Of a stretch of DNA of 64,000 bases, positions 38,873-47,841 are shown piece after piece (positions within the stretch are counted from its first letter, which is position 1; the number at the start of each line of letters is the position of its first letter). Position numbers and translations under genes: made by a program. Below the pieces are notes generated by a model that was not told where the DNA came from, searched no databases, and worked only from the letters and a program-made list of their open reading frames with translations. The stretch comes from a virus. The stretch spans positions 32,001-96,000 of the IMG/VR virus record IMGVR_UViG_3300009103_001934; one strand, given 5' to 3'.

Positions 38873-38901
38873 TTGACATACATTAGGAAAACGTGTAATA
38901 T
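38873..38901 (+). promoter_or_regulatory. sigma70 promoter of tmRNA (with overlapping GTGTA motif)
   Basis: TTGACA 38873-38878, 17-nt spacer, TAATAT 38896-38901; GTGTA 38893-38897. Confidence 0.7.
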
Positions 38902-38909
38902 ATAAACAC

Positions 38910-39327
38910 GGGAGCGTACTGGATTCGATTTAGAACCTTACGCCAGATTGCAAGCAGAGGATAATGGTTGGCCTCTTTAAATATCCATTAACAACATATA
39001 TGCCAATAGTGATATTGACATGGAGTTCGCTCCTTCTTTAGCTGAAGCTGACGAGATTCTCGCCAAGTTCGGCTACGTGGAGGAAGAAGAGCTCCAGCTG
39101 GCAGCATAAGTTCTGCCCCGTCCTACTCTGGATGCTCGTTAAGGAGCTAGGGCGTCGACAGCGAGCAAAAAAACTAGGAAGGGTGAGGAGTCTAGGATAA
39201 ATAAAGTGCCTCCAACCTCGTGTGTAGTTGTCAGTGATGAAGCACGAAAAATAACACTGACTAAGCTTGTAGTACATTTGAGCCGATGGCTTTAAAGACG
39301 CGGGTTCGACTCCCGCCGCTTCCACCA
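38910..39327 (+). ncRNA. ssrA: tmRNA (transfer-messenger RNA), tag ANSDIDMEFAPSLAEADEILAKFGYVEEEELQLAA at 39002-39109
   Basis: Acceptor GGGAGCG/CGCTTCC with G3-U, GGATTCGA 5' motif, T-arm GCGGGTTCGACTCCCGC, ACCA end, tag ending LAA-stop. Confidence 0.95.
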
Positions 39328-39333
39328 ATTAGC

Positions 39334-39918
39334 ATGAGAATCACAGAGAATCGAGATGAGTTTGTAAAATACGTTTCTGGTCTTTCACCTAAAGGTAGTG
39401 TCTGTGCAGAAATAGGGGTCCTTACAGGGAGTTTTTCTCTGAAAATATTTAAATACATTAAGCCAAGTAAATTATTTTTAATAGACCCGTGGGAAAAGGG
39501 GCGCGATAAAAACGGAGAGCCTACATACAAGGAGTTTGGAAACTTACCTACAGCTTATAGTACCCCAGAGCATCTTGATATAGTTAAGGCTGCTTTTTCA
39601 AAGGAGATTACAAATAAAACAGTTGTAATTAAAAAAGATTTTTCCTATAATGTCGTAGATTCTTTTCAGAATAACTTTTTTGATTTTATATATATTGATT
39701 CCTGTCATCTCTATGAATGCATAAAGTCGGATCTGAAAATATTTTTGCCTAAATTAAAAGAACAAGGCTTAATGTGCGGACATGACTACGCTAATAAGCT
39801 AGGATTTGGAGTGGTTAAAGCTGTGGATGAATTTATTTTAGAGAATAACTTCGAATGGGTCGCTAAGAGTAAAGAGAAGGACCCTGACTGGGCCCTAAGG
39901 CGTCGTAAGCGAACATGA
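39334..39918 (+). CDS. Class I methyltransferase (Methyltransf_24)
   Basis: CAEIGVLTG, LIDPW, DFIYIDSCHLY, LMCGHDY; ATG 39334. Confidence 0.85.
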   Translation: MRITENRDEFVKYVSGLSPKGSVCAEIGVLTGSFSLKIFKYIKPSKLFLIDPWEKGRDKNGEPTYKEFGNLPTAYSTPEHLDIVKAAFSKEITNKTVVIKKDFSYNVVDSFQNNFFDFIYIDSCHLYECIKSDLKIFLPKLKEQGLMCGHDYANKLGFGVVKAVDEFILENNFEWVAKSKEKDPDWALRRRKRT

Positions 39919-39979
39919 AGTGGAAGACAAAAGTCAAATTAATTGTTGACTTCCTGTTTTTCCCTGTTAAATTTTTTAT

Positions 39980-40879
39980 GTGAGTAAATGTTTAGTAACT
40001 GGAGGGTGCGGATTTATTGGCGGCCACATCGTTGATAAATTGGTAGATCTTAACCATGACGTCGTAGTTATTGATAATTATTCTGCTGAATGCAACGATA
40101 ATTTTCACCACAATACAAGAGCTTTATATAATAACGTAGACATAGGCGATTATGACAAGATTCGGCCACTTTTCGATGGGGTAGATTATGTTTTTCATTT
40201 GGCTGCGCAGGCTAGAATTATGGTCTGCTTAAATAAGCCACAAGAGGCCTGCAGAACTAATTTTGTTGGTACTTGTAACGTCCTAGAAGCTTCTAGGACG
40301 AATCAAGTTAAGAGGGTGGTATATTCCTCTACTTCTTCCGCTTATGGCCTCAAAAATGATCCTCCGCTCAAAGAAACCATGTCTAGGGACTGTTTAAACC
40401 CCTATTCTGTAAGCAAGGTAGCAGCGGAAGATCTATGTAAGATGTATAACTCTCTTTGGGACTTAGAAACAGTTATTTTCAGGTATTTTAATGTCTACGG
40501 AGAGCGTCAACCGACAAAGGGACAATATGCGCCAGTTATTGGACTCTTTCAAAGACAGAAGGAGGCGGGCGAATCTATGACCGTTGTGGGAGACGGACTA
40601 CAGAGAAGAGACTATACGCACGTTTCTGACGTGGCTGAAGCGAACCTTCGAGCAGCGCTTACGGACAATAAAGAAGCCTTGGGAGAAGTAATTAACGTAG
40701 GTACGGGAAAAAATCATAGCGTGTTGGACTTGGTTGAGTTAATAAAAGGAGACGTCGAATTCATACCTCAGAGACCGGGAGAAGCAAGAGAAACTCTAGC
40801 AGATATAAGTAAACTTAGAGACTTATTGGGCTATGAACCACAAGTTATACTAGAAGATTGGATTAAAGAAAATGAATAG
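39980..40879 (+). CDS. NAD-dependent nucleotide-sugar epimerase/dehydratase (GalE-like)
   Basis: VTGGCGFIG, FHLAA, SSTSSAYG, YSVSK, RYFNVYG; TTGACT..TAAATT promoter upstream. Confidence 0.92.
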   Translation: MSKCLVTGGCGFIGGHIVDKLVDLNHDVVVIDNYSAECNDNFHHNTRALYNNVDIGDYDKIRPLFDGVDYVFHLAAQARIMVCLNKPQEACRTNFVGTCNVLEASRTNQVKRVVYSSTSSAYGLKNDPPLKETMSRDCLNPYSVSKVAAEDLCKMYNSLWDLETVIFRYFNVYGERQPTKGQYAPVIGLFQRQKEAGESMTVVGDGLQRRDYTHVSDVAEANLRAALTDNKEALGEVINVGTGKNHSVLDLVELIKGDVEFIPQRPGEARETLADISKLRDLLGYEPQVILEDWIKENE

Positions 40880-42836
40880 AATATTTATAAATATCGCTTC
40901 GTATAGGGACAAGGAATTAATTCCGACAGTAAAAGACGCTATTAAAAAAGCGAAAGATAAAAGCAGGATTTCGTTCGGTATATGCTGGCAGTACGGAGAA
41001 GATGAACCGCTTACCTTTGGCGAGGACGAGGATCCTTTATTCGAAGGGATCGGGGGGCTCAATTACGCTAGGTATGACTATAGAGATAGTTTGGGTATGG
41101 GCTGGGGGAGGAAGATCAGTCAGGCTTTTTGGAGGGGCGAGCAATTTCAGTTACAAATTGATTCTCATATGAGATTCGCCCAAGACTGGGACTGGCATTT
41201 ATTAAATCTTTTAGCTAGATGCGAATCTTCTAAGCCAATCTTAACCTCTAGAACCTTACCGTATTACCCAGAGAAAGGAGATGAATTAAAAGATGGACTT
41301 AGTACCTACATGCACCCCAAAAACTTTAGGGATAACGGAGTGCTAGTGTTAACTTCTGGAGCGATAAGGCACAGATGGAAGAAAAAGAATCCTATTCCGG
41401 GAGCTTTTATCTCAGGACACTTCATGTTTTCGTCGTCAAAAATTCTACAAGAAATGCCGTACGACGATAAGTTTGCGATCATTAGCACTGGGGACGAGCC
41501 AGCGCTAGCAATTAAAGCTTGGACTCGTGGCTGGGATATTTTTTACCCTCATAAGGTGTATGTTTGGCATCATTTCTACAGAGAAGGAGCCAAGAAAAAC
41601 CACAGTGATCAATATTTTAAAAAGGGCACAGATGTGCATCCTTCTCAGAGGAAGCTCGCAGAAGAGGGCGTGAAAAGATTTGTAGCGCTAACATCAGGAA
41701 AAATAAAAGACGAAAGGTATGGCTTAGGCAAGGCCAGAACACTGGAAGAGTATAAGCAGTATACTGGAGTAGACTATAAGAGAAGAAAGATTCAGAAAAG
41801 GGGTGACTTAATAGAGGGCGTTTGGAAATCAAAGAGCGCTGACTCGGCCACGCCCCAGCCACGACCGATGATTAAAGTCGAAGGGAACGATAAGGTAGGA
41901 GAAAACGCAAAGAATAAAATATATGTACAGATAGCTAGCTATAGAGATCCTGATGTAGAGAATACCATTCAAGACTTAATAGCAAAGGCAGATAAGCCTA
42001 ATAACTTAATCCTAGGCATCTGTGATCAGTATGGGCCAGAAAACAGAAACTTGCCAGAATATAGCAAAGAGAACTTCAGGGTTATCAGAGTTCCTTTTTA
42101 TATTAGTCCGGGGTTAGGTTGGGCAAGGCATATGATACAAAAATTGTACTTTGAGGGCGACGCAGAGTACACCATGCAGTTAGACTCCCATATGAGATTT
42201 AAAACTGGTTGGGATACTAAATTAATTAATATGGTTAAGGACGCACCCTCTAAAAAACCGATAATCTCTCATTATTGTACGGCCTTTACATTTGATCAAA
42301 AGCCTATGAGCTACGAGAATAGAGATGATCTATTTAAAATGTATTGCTTGAGGTTTAACGACACAGGAACGGTCTCCTTCAGGCAGAGGAGAGTCCACAA
42401 GGAAGAGCAGACGGGTAGACCCGGGAGATCTATGCTTGTTTCGGGACACTTTTATTTTACCCTAGCTAAGCATATAGGGGAATATAAATATGATCCCGAT
42501 TTATATTTTGCTGGAGATGAAATTTCTCTAGCGACTAGGTCTTGGACTAGAGGGTGGGATATGTTTTATCCCTCAGAAAATGTAGTGTTTCATAATTACA
42601 CCAGAGAGAAGAGAATATGTCACTGGGCGGATCAAAAAATCGGCTATGGATCACTACATAAAGAGAGTCTTAAAAGACTAAGGCAAATGCTGGGAATGGA
42701 AGATAACGGAATAGACCTTGGAGAGTATGGCCTAGGAACAGAAAGGAACTTAAAAGATTTTGAAAAAATATCTGGCATTAATTTTAAAGAAAGAAAGCTA
42801 GCAGAAAGAGCAGAGAAGGGAGAGCCGTCCTTTTAG
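40872..42836 (+). CDS. Tandem two-domain GT60 (Skp1-hydroxyproline / polypeptide GlcNAc-transferase-like)
   Basis: Twice: IASYRD, GICxQ, GxGWxR, QxDSHMRF..WD, SGHFxF, GDE, WTRGWD; second domain starts near 41919. Confidence 0.85.
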   Translation: MNRIFINIASYRDKELIPTVKDAIKKAKDKSRISFGICWQYGEDEPLTFGEDEDPLFEGIGGLNYARYDYRDSLGMGWGRKISQAFWRGEQFQLQIDSHMRFAQDWDWHLLNLLARCESSKPILTSRTLPYYPEKGDELKDGLSTYMHPKNFRDNGVLVLTSGAIRHRWKKKNPIPGAFISGHFMFSSSKILQEMPYDDKFAIISTGDEPALAIKAWTRGWDIFYPHKVYVWHHFYREGAKKNHSDQYFKKGTDVHPSQRKLAEEGVKRFVALTSGKIKDERYGLGKARTLEEYKQYTGVDYKRRKIQKRGDLIEGVWKSKSADSATPQPRPMIKVEGNDKVGENAKNKIYVQIASYRDPDVENTIQDLIAKADKPNNLILGICDQYGPENRNLPEYSKENFRVIRVPFYISPGLGWARHMIQKLYFEGDAEYTMQLDSHMRFKTGWDTKLINMVKDAPSKKPIISHYCTAFTFDQKPMSYENRDDLFKMYCLRFNDTGTVSFRQRRVHKEEQTGRPGRSMLVSGHFYFTLAKHIGEYKYDPDLYFAGDEISLATRSWTRGWDMFYPSENVVFHNYTREKRICHWADQKIGYGSLHKESLKRLRQMLGMEDNGIDLGEYGLGTERNLKDFEKISGINFKERKLAERAEKGEPSF

Positions 42837-42838
42837 TT

Positions 42839-43678
42839 ATGGCTGTAGTATTTCATTTTAATGGTCACGCTGAGCCCAAGTATTCAGATCAGGATATCTG
42901 GTTTCTAAAGCAAAAGGTAATAGAGGCGGCGGGTAGTAAATATGAGCTAGAAGACTGCGAGGTGTTGACTTTTGATAACGCTTTTCACCACTATACGCTG
43001 CTTGAGTGCACGGATAGGCTTAAATTACCAATAGTTAATTTGGGCGAAGAAAAATATTATAAACCCCTCAGAGAAAAATACAAGCTTAACGAAGAAGAAA
43101 AGTGGTACGGCAACCTAACAGCGAAGAAAAAAATGAAGGACGGTTTTACCTTAACCCATAAAATCCTAGCTGTTTATGACTACTTAAAGAATAATAAAAC
43201 AAAAAAATATTTTTATTTCTTTGATCAGTCCGACGTATATATTACCGGCGACTTACAAGAGAAAATAAAAGTACTAGAAGAAAAAAAATGCAAATTACTT
43301 TTTAATGCAGAAACCAAATGTATGTACTGGCCCATGGCGATTAGGGGTAATCCAATATATCCTGATATTAATAAGTTTTTTATTAACTATGGAGACCTAA
43401 AGAAGTTTGAAGTAGATACCTATTCACCGACCGCTCACGAATCTAACGGTAAAAAGTTTTTATTTTTAAATAGCGGGGCATATTTAGCGGAAACAGATTT
43501 CTTTGTTTCGTTCTTCGATAAATATATTAACTTCTTTATGGAATTTATTGATGTAAATGATCAAACTATTATGCATCATTTTCATTTTTTATATTACCCA
43601 GATATACAAGTCGATAATAAGTGCGAGATCTTTCAGTGCATGGGACCAAACGTAGTGGAGTTTAATTATGAAAGATGA
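42839..43678 (+). CDS. PLOD/LH3-type glycosyltransferase domain protein (paralog 1)
   Basis: FFDQSDV, LLFNAETKC, FLNSG, DQ, DNKCEIFQ parallel the lysyl-hydroxylase GT domain. Confidence 0.7.
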   Translation: MAVVFHFNGHAEPKYSDQDIWFLKQKVIEAAGSKYELEDCEVLTFDNAFHHYTLLECTDRLKLPIVNLGEEKYYKPLREKYKLNEEEKWYGNLTAKKKMKDGFTLTHKILAVYDYLKNNKTKKYFYFFDQSDVYITGDLQEKIKVLEEKKCKLLFNAETKCMYWPMAIRGNPIYPDINKFFINYGDLKKFEVDTYSPTAHESNGKKFLFLNSGAYLAETDFFVSFFDKYINFFMEFIDVNDQTIMHHFHFLYYPDIQVDNKCEIFQCMGPNVVEFNYER

Positions 43679-44523
43679 GCGCATTAGCTTTTCATTTTAA
43701 TGGTTCGACACTTGGTAAATATAGGCATAATCTTGCCGTACTCGAAAACCTTTTAGAAAAAAACTCTAGGCGACCGACTGCGCTAGACAAGACCCAAATC
43801 TTTTGTTTTGATAATTCATTAAATAATTTAATGTTAATAGACTGCCTCAGAAAACTGAACCTAGACTTCATTAACTTGGGTGAGAAACGGTATTTTGGGG
43901 AGCTTCAAAAAAGATACCCGTTTAAAGATAAAAAGCACACTTGGTTTCTAAATCCGAAGTGGCTAGGCAAGGAGGGAGAGGAAGACAATCATTTTTGGCC
44001 GCTAGCTAAGATGATGACATTATATCATTATATTAAAAATAATAAAAATATTAAGCCTTACTTTTTTTTATTCGATCAGAGCGACGTGTTTTTAACAGAC
44101 AACCCAGAAAAAAAACTGGAAGTATTCTTGGAAAAAGATTGCGGTATGCTTTTCGGGGCGGAGTCTAACTGTATGTATTGGCCCATGAGAATAAGGGGCA
44201 AGTTATGGTACGCTTATATTAATAAATTTTTTGCAAATTACGGGGACGTTAAAAGGTTTGAGTCAGAAACTTACTCTGAAGATTGCTACGCTAGCGGTGG
44301 ACATAAGATGGTATTTTTAAATGGAGGCATGAGAATATGCAATACTGAATATTACATGAATTTTATGGATAAATATTATAGATTTATTGAAGAATTCATG
44401 TGCTTAACGGAGCAAACAACGCTACATCACTTTCACTTCTCTTACTACCCAGAGATACAAATAGATAATAAATGTGAGATTTTTCAGTGTATGTATCCCA
44501 GCGGTATTGAATATAATATATAA
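43675..44523 (+). CDS. PLOD/LH3-type glycosyltransferase domain protein (paralog 2)
   Basis: LFDQSDV, MLFGAESNC, FLNGG, YYPEIQIDNKCEIFQ; clearly similar to paralog 1. Confidence 0.7.
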   Translation: MSALAFHFNGSTLGKYRHNLAVLENLLEKNSRRPTALDKTQIFCFDNSLNNLMLIDCLRKLNLDFINLGEKRYFGELQKRYPFKDKKHTWFLNPKWLGKEGEEDNHFWPLAKMMTLYHYIKNNKNIKPYFFLFDQSDVFLTDNPEKKLEVFLEKDCGMLFGAESNCMYWPMRIRGKLWYAYINKFFANYGDVKRFESETYSEDCYASGGHKMVFLNGGMRICNTEYYMNFMDKYYRFIEEFMCLTEQTTLHHFHFSYYPEIQIDNKCEIFQCMYPSGIEYNI

Positions 44524-45344
44524 TGAAACTTTTTGCTGGCCCATACAGGCACGAGTTTGGTCACGAGCTTTTTAGTTTCCAAGGGCACGTAAGGAAACTG
44601 TCAACAGCTTATGACAGAACGGTAGTGTGCAGTAGAGAAAGTATGCGATATTTATATCAAGATTTTGTTGACGAATTCGTTCCGTTGGACGATCACTTAG
44701 ATATTTCAAAGTATTCGGATTACAAAGTAATAACTAAGGACGATTGTCATTACCACGTGGCTAGATCAGCAGGGAACGTTAACTTAGACCAGAAATTTAT
44801 CCGATATGGGCAGCCAATAGAAGAAGGGTATGATATTATTTTTCACGCAAGAGCTAAGAGCGGGGGTATGTGCAAAAATCTAGAAAGAAAAGTATACGAT
44901 GAAGCGTTTAAAGAATTGAATGGTAAATATAAAGTGTCTTTCATAGGGACTAAAAAAGATTCTTACTGTCCGGACGGAGCAAAAGACTTAAGGGATATAC
45001 CTTTAAAAAAGCTAGCGGATATTATATGCTCCTCAAGGCTAGTAGTGGGAGAAAGCAGCGGACCGATTCATTTCGCTTCTTTGTGCGGCACGCAGCACCT
45101 CACTTGGGGAGGGTATAGACTTAGAACTTTTTCTAGATACACTTATCACTGGAATCCATTTAGCGTGAACTGTTTTTTGTTTGAGACGCTACAGGACAAC
45201 TACCTTAAGAACCGAATTAAAATCGGTGCAAGGGTACCCAAGGATATCCTAGAGAGGGAGCATGTTAATATAATCGAAAGCAAAACCCATAGGGAACCGT
45301 CTTTGAATGACCTAGTTTTAGCTATAACTGCCATTTTAAAATGA
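44523..45344 (+). CDS. GT9 (heptosyltransferase-like) glycosyltransferase
   Basis: DLRDIPLKKLADIICSSRLVVGESSGPIHFASLCG. Confidence 0.7.
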   Translation: MKLFAGPYRHEFGHELFSFQGHVRKLSTAYDRTVVCSRESMRYLYQDFVDEFVPLDDHLDISKYSDYKVITKDDCHYHVARSAGNVNLDQKFIRYGQPIEEGYDIIFHARAKSGGMCKNLERKVYDEAFKELNGKYKVSFIGTKKDSYCPDGAKDLRDIPLKKLADIICSSRLVVGESSGPIHFASLCGTQHLTWGGYRLRTFSRYTYHWNPFSVNCFLFETLQDNYLKNRIKIGARVPKDILEREHVNIIESKTHREPSLNDLVLAITAILK

Positions 45345-46021
45345 AAGATTACTGTATCGCCACCTTAAGTGCCGGAGAAAAGTATAACAAATACTTAAAA
45401 AATAATCTTTTATCAAATACCGACATAACAGAGGAAGGAACAAAAATATTTATTACTACAGATGATACAGAGTCTTTTGCTAGTTACAAAGATAGGGCGG
45501 AGATTTTTAACTTCACTCCTGAATGGATTGCGGACGTTAGGGAAACAAGAACAAGAAATTGGTTTAACTATCACCTAAAAACGCATGCGATAAGAAATGC
45601 CTTTAATGCGGGCTATACTAAAATATTATACATAGATAGCGATATAAATATATTAAAATGGAATAAAGACTTCTTAGTTAAGGAGCAAAGGGGCTTTTAC
45701 TTTAGGACCTTTTTAAGCAAGGGTCAATATGCGGAAAAATATGACTTTTATTCTAAGCTTTTTGGTGCTAACTTATGGCATTATTATAGACCGGTTAGCG
45801 AGAAGCTAATATATATTAACACGGAGCCGGATAAAATTAATGGATTTTTGAATACTTGGGAATACTTGGCGGATATGTCTAGGGGGAAAGTGAATCCTTA
45901 CTCTGAAGGGCATGAAATACTACTGGCTTGTAGGTTTAATGGAGCAAGCGTTTTTAAATATAAGCCAGACCCATTTAAAGGCAGCGAAAAGTTTATGCAA
46001 GATAGTCACGGTGCAGGATGA
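45341..46021 (+). CDS. GT-A nucleotide-diphospho-sugar transferase-like protein
   Basis: FNYHLK, ILYIDSDI (DxD). Confidence 0.5.
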   Translation: MKDYCIATLSAGEKYNKYLKNNLLSNTDITEEGTKIFITTDDTESFASYKDRAEIFNFTPEWIADVRETRTRNWFNYHLKTHAIRNAFNAGYTKILYIDSDINILKWNKDFLVKEQRGFYFRTFLSKGQYAEKYDFYSKLFGANLWHYYRPVSEKLIYINTEPDKINGFLNTWEYLADMSRGKVNPYSEGHEILLACRFNGASVFKYKPDPFKGSEKFMQDSHGAG

Positions 46022-46836
46022 AAATAACCACAGTCATAGAATTGTTTGGGCAAGAAAAGGAGGAGTTACTTAACAATTATTATTTAATGTTAAAGCTCTG
46101 GCTACATCATTTGAATATGTATGCCAACGAGTGTGAAATAGAGTTGCTTTATATTAATTCTTTTACGGGCGTAAAATCAAACGTGCTTTTCTATAAAGAT
46201 TTTGAAGAGTTTTTAAAACGGTATCCCAAATTGAATATAAGTATAGAACAGATAGACTCGCCTCAGGTCGATCGTACACCCCGAGGAAGAAAGCATTCTA
46301 TTAAACATCAACAATTTTTCAATAACAAGCTGGCCGTTTTACAGCGCAAGCCCCCGTTTATTTGGATGGATATAGACCTCTTCCTTTTTAAGCCGCTTAA
46401 AGAATTTTATAAACACATGGGAGACAATCCATTCGTGGGGACAGGACACGGAAGTCATATACGGGGAGAAAAAGACAAGGTTCAAGCTGGACTTTATATA
46501 CTTAATAAAGAGAACTATATAGATATTGAGCTAGGACTTAAGCAGTGTCAAGAACTAGCTGGGGATCAGGCGCAGCACGTTTGCCACGATCAAGGTATAA
46601 TAAACGGATTCTTCACTAAGACCGGCCTAAACCCCTTTGTTTTTCATGGGCATGAATATTGGAATTGGCATGGAATGAGGTGCGATTTTCACAAAGACGG
46701 CGCAGAAGAGTTTGTCCGATGTACCGATAAGGAGGGGGACGAGGTCCATGGGTGTCATTTTTGGGGACTGCAAAAGCCGTGGAGGTACGCTCCGACGAAG
46801 GCGTTTTGGGAGGACTCTATCAAAAGAATAATATGA
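46018..46836 (+). CDS. GT8-like glycosyltransferase
   Basis: FIWMDIDL, QAGLYI, HDQGIIN, HFWGLQKPW. Confidence 0.7.
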   Translation: MKITTVIELFGQEKEELLNNYYLMLKLWLHHLNMYANECEIELLYINSFTGVKSNVLFYKDFEEFLKRYPKLNISIEQIDSPQVDRTPRGRKHSIKHQQFFNNKLAVLQRKPPFIWMDIDLFLFKPLKEFYKHMGDNPFVGTGHGSHIRGEKDKVQAGLYILNKENYIDIELGLKQCQELAGDQAQHVCHDQGIINGFFTKTGLNPFVFHGHEYWNWHGMRCDFHKDGAEEFVRCTDKEGDEVHGCHFWGLQKPWRYAPTKAFWEDSIKRII

Positions 46837-47645
46837 TTACTTTAAATAATACATTATTTGATACGAAGCCATTTTTATTTCATATGAATGGTAGCCACGT
46901 TAAGAATTCTCAGGGCAGGAAGCTCAGGTCAGAGCTTTTTAAATATATTGATAGTAACATTTACGAGGAGGAGGGAGGGATAAGGGATACGACTTACTTT
47001 ATCTGTAGTTCCTATGGGGAGAGAGAAACTAACCTAGAAAAGACGCTTAAATTCTTCAAGGTTCCTTACGTTATGAGTGGCAGAGGAACAGAGGGGTGGG
47101 TTAATACTATGAAAGCGGGCCTGTTGGCAGAGTATCTACCCAAGATAAATACGAAGTATACCATGGGAATAGATGCCCATGACGTACTTTTACTTAAAGA
47201 TGCTAATGGAATTATCGACACCTTTGAGGAGGAGTTTGATTGTGACATGCTGTTTAATGCAGAGCTAGTTTCTTACCCAGAAAATGAAGAGCTCGCAGAT
47301 TTCGAAAAAGCGATATACGGAGATAGCCCGTTTCATTTTTTAAATTCAGGAGTTTGGATAGCCAAGACCGAATTCCTCAAGACTGTTATTCGAGACATAC
47401 TTGAAATAAGGTCCTCCAGACCCAGAAGCGACCAAGAGATCTATCGAAAGTTACATAAAAAATATTTCCCAAGGATTCAGATAGATAATCGCTGCGTTAT
47501 TTTTCAAACTACTTGCGAAAGCCTTAGTAAAAATTTAAGATCATCTCAGGTGGACCCCGATAACGCTTACGAGGTCGTGATAGACAAAGAAACAAGTACC
47601 TCTTTTAATTTATTACTTAAAAGGGAAAAATCAATAAGTGCTTGA
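46833..47645 (+). CDS. PLOD/LH3-type glycosyltransferase domain protein (paralog 3)
   Basis: GIDAHDV, MLFNAE, FLNSG, SDQ, DNRCVIFQ; ATG 46833. Confidence 0.75.
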   Translation: MITLNNTLFDTKPFLFHMNGSHVKNSQGRKLRSELFKYIDSNIYEEEGGIRDTTYFICSSYGERETNLEKTLKFFKVPYVMSGRGTEGWVNTMKAGLLAEYLPKINTKYTMGIDAHDVLLLKDANGIIDTFEEEFDCDMLFNAELVSYPENEELADFEKAIYGDSPFHFLNSGVWIAKTEFLKTVIRDILEIRSSRPRSDQEIYRKLHKKYFPRIQIDNRCVIFQTTCESLSKNLRSSQVDPDNAYEVVIDKETSTSFNLLLKREKSISA

Positions 47646-47679
47646 TTTTTTTGAGGAAAAGGGATAAAATTAAGATAGG

Positions 47680-47841
47680 ATGAGAGTAAAAAAGGATAAG
47701 GCATACGTGGTCATAAGCGCTAATAAGGGTTATGTACAGGGAGCCTTTCCTTACACGAAGGAAGGTAAAAAACAAGCGTATGTATATCGCAATAAGCTAA
47801 AGAAAAAAAACAAGGAAGATTATGAGGTGGTCGTAAGATGA
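47680..47841 (+). CDS. Small basic hypothetical protein (53 aa, not in ORF track)
   Basis: TTGATT-17-TAAAAT promoter (47642-47670); stop overlaps the next ATG. Confidence 0.55.
   Translation: MRVKKDKAYVVISANKGYVQGAFPYTKEGKKQAYVYRNKLKKKNKEDYEVVVR

Noticed and set aside
39038-39530. ORFs 39038-39328 (-), 39261-39530 (-) and the N-terminal extension of 39286
   Set aside because: They overlap the tmRNA and simply translate its T-arm and acceptor stem.
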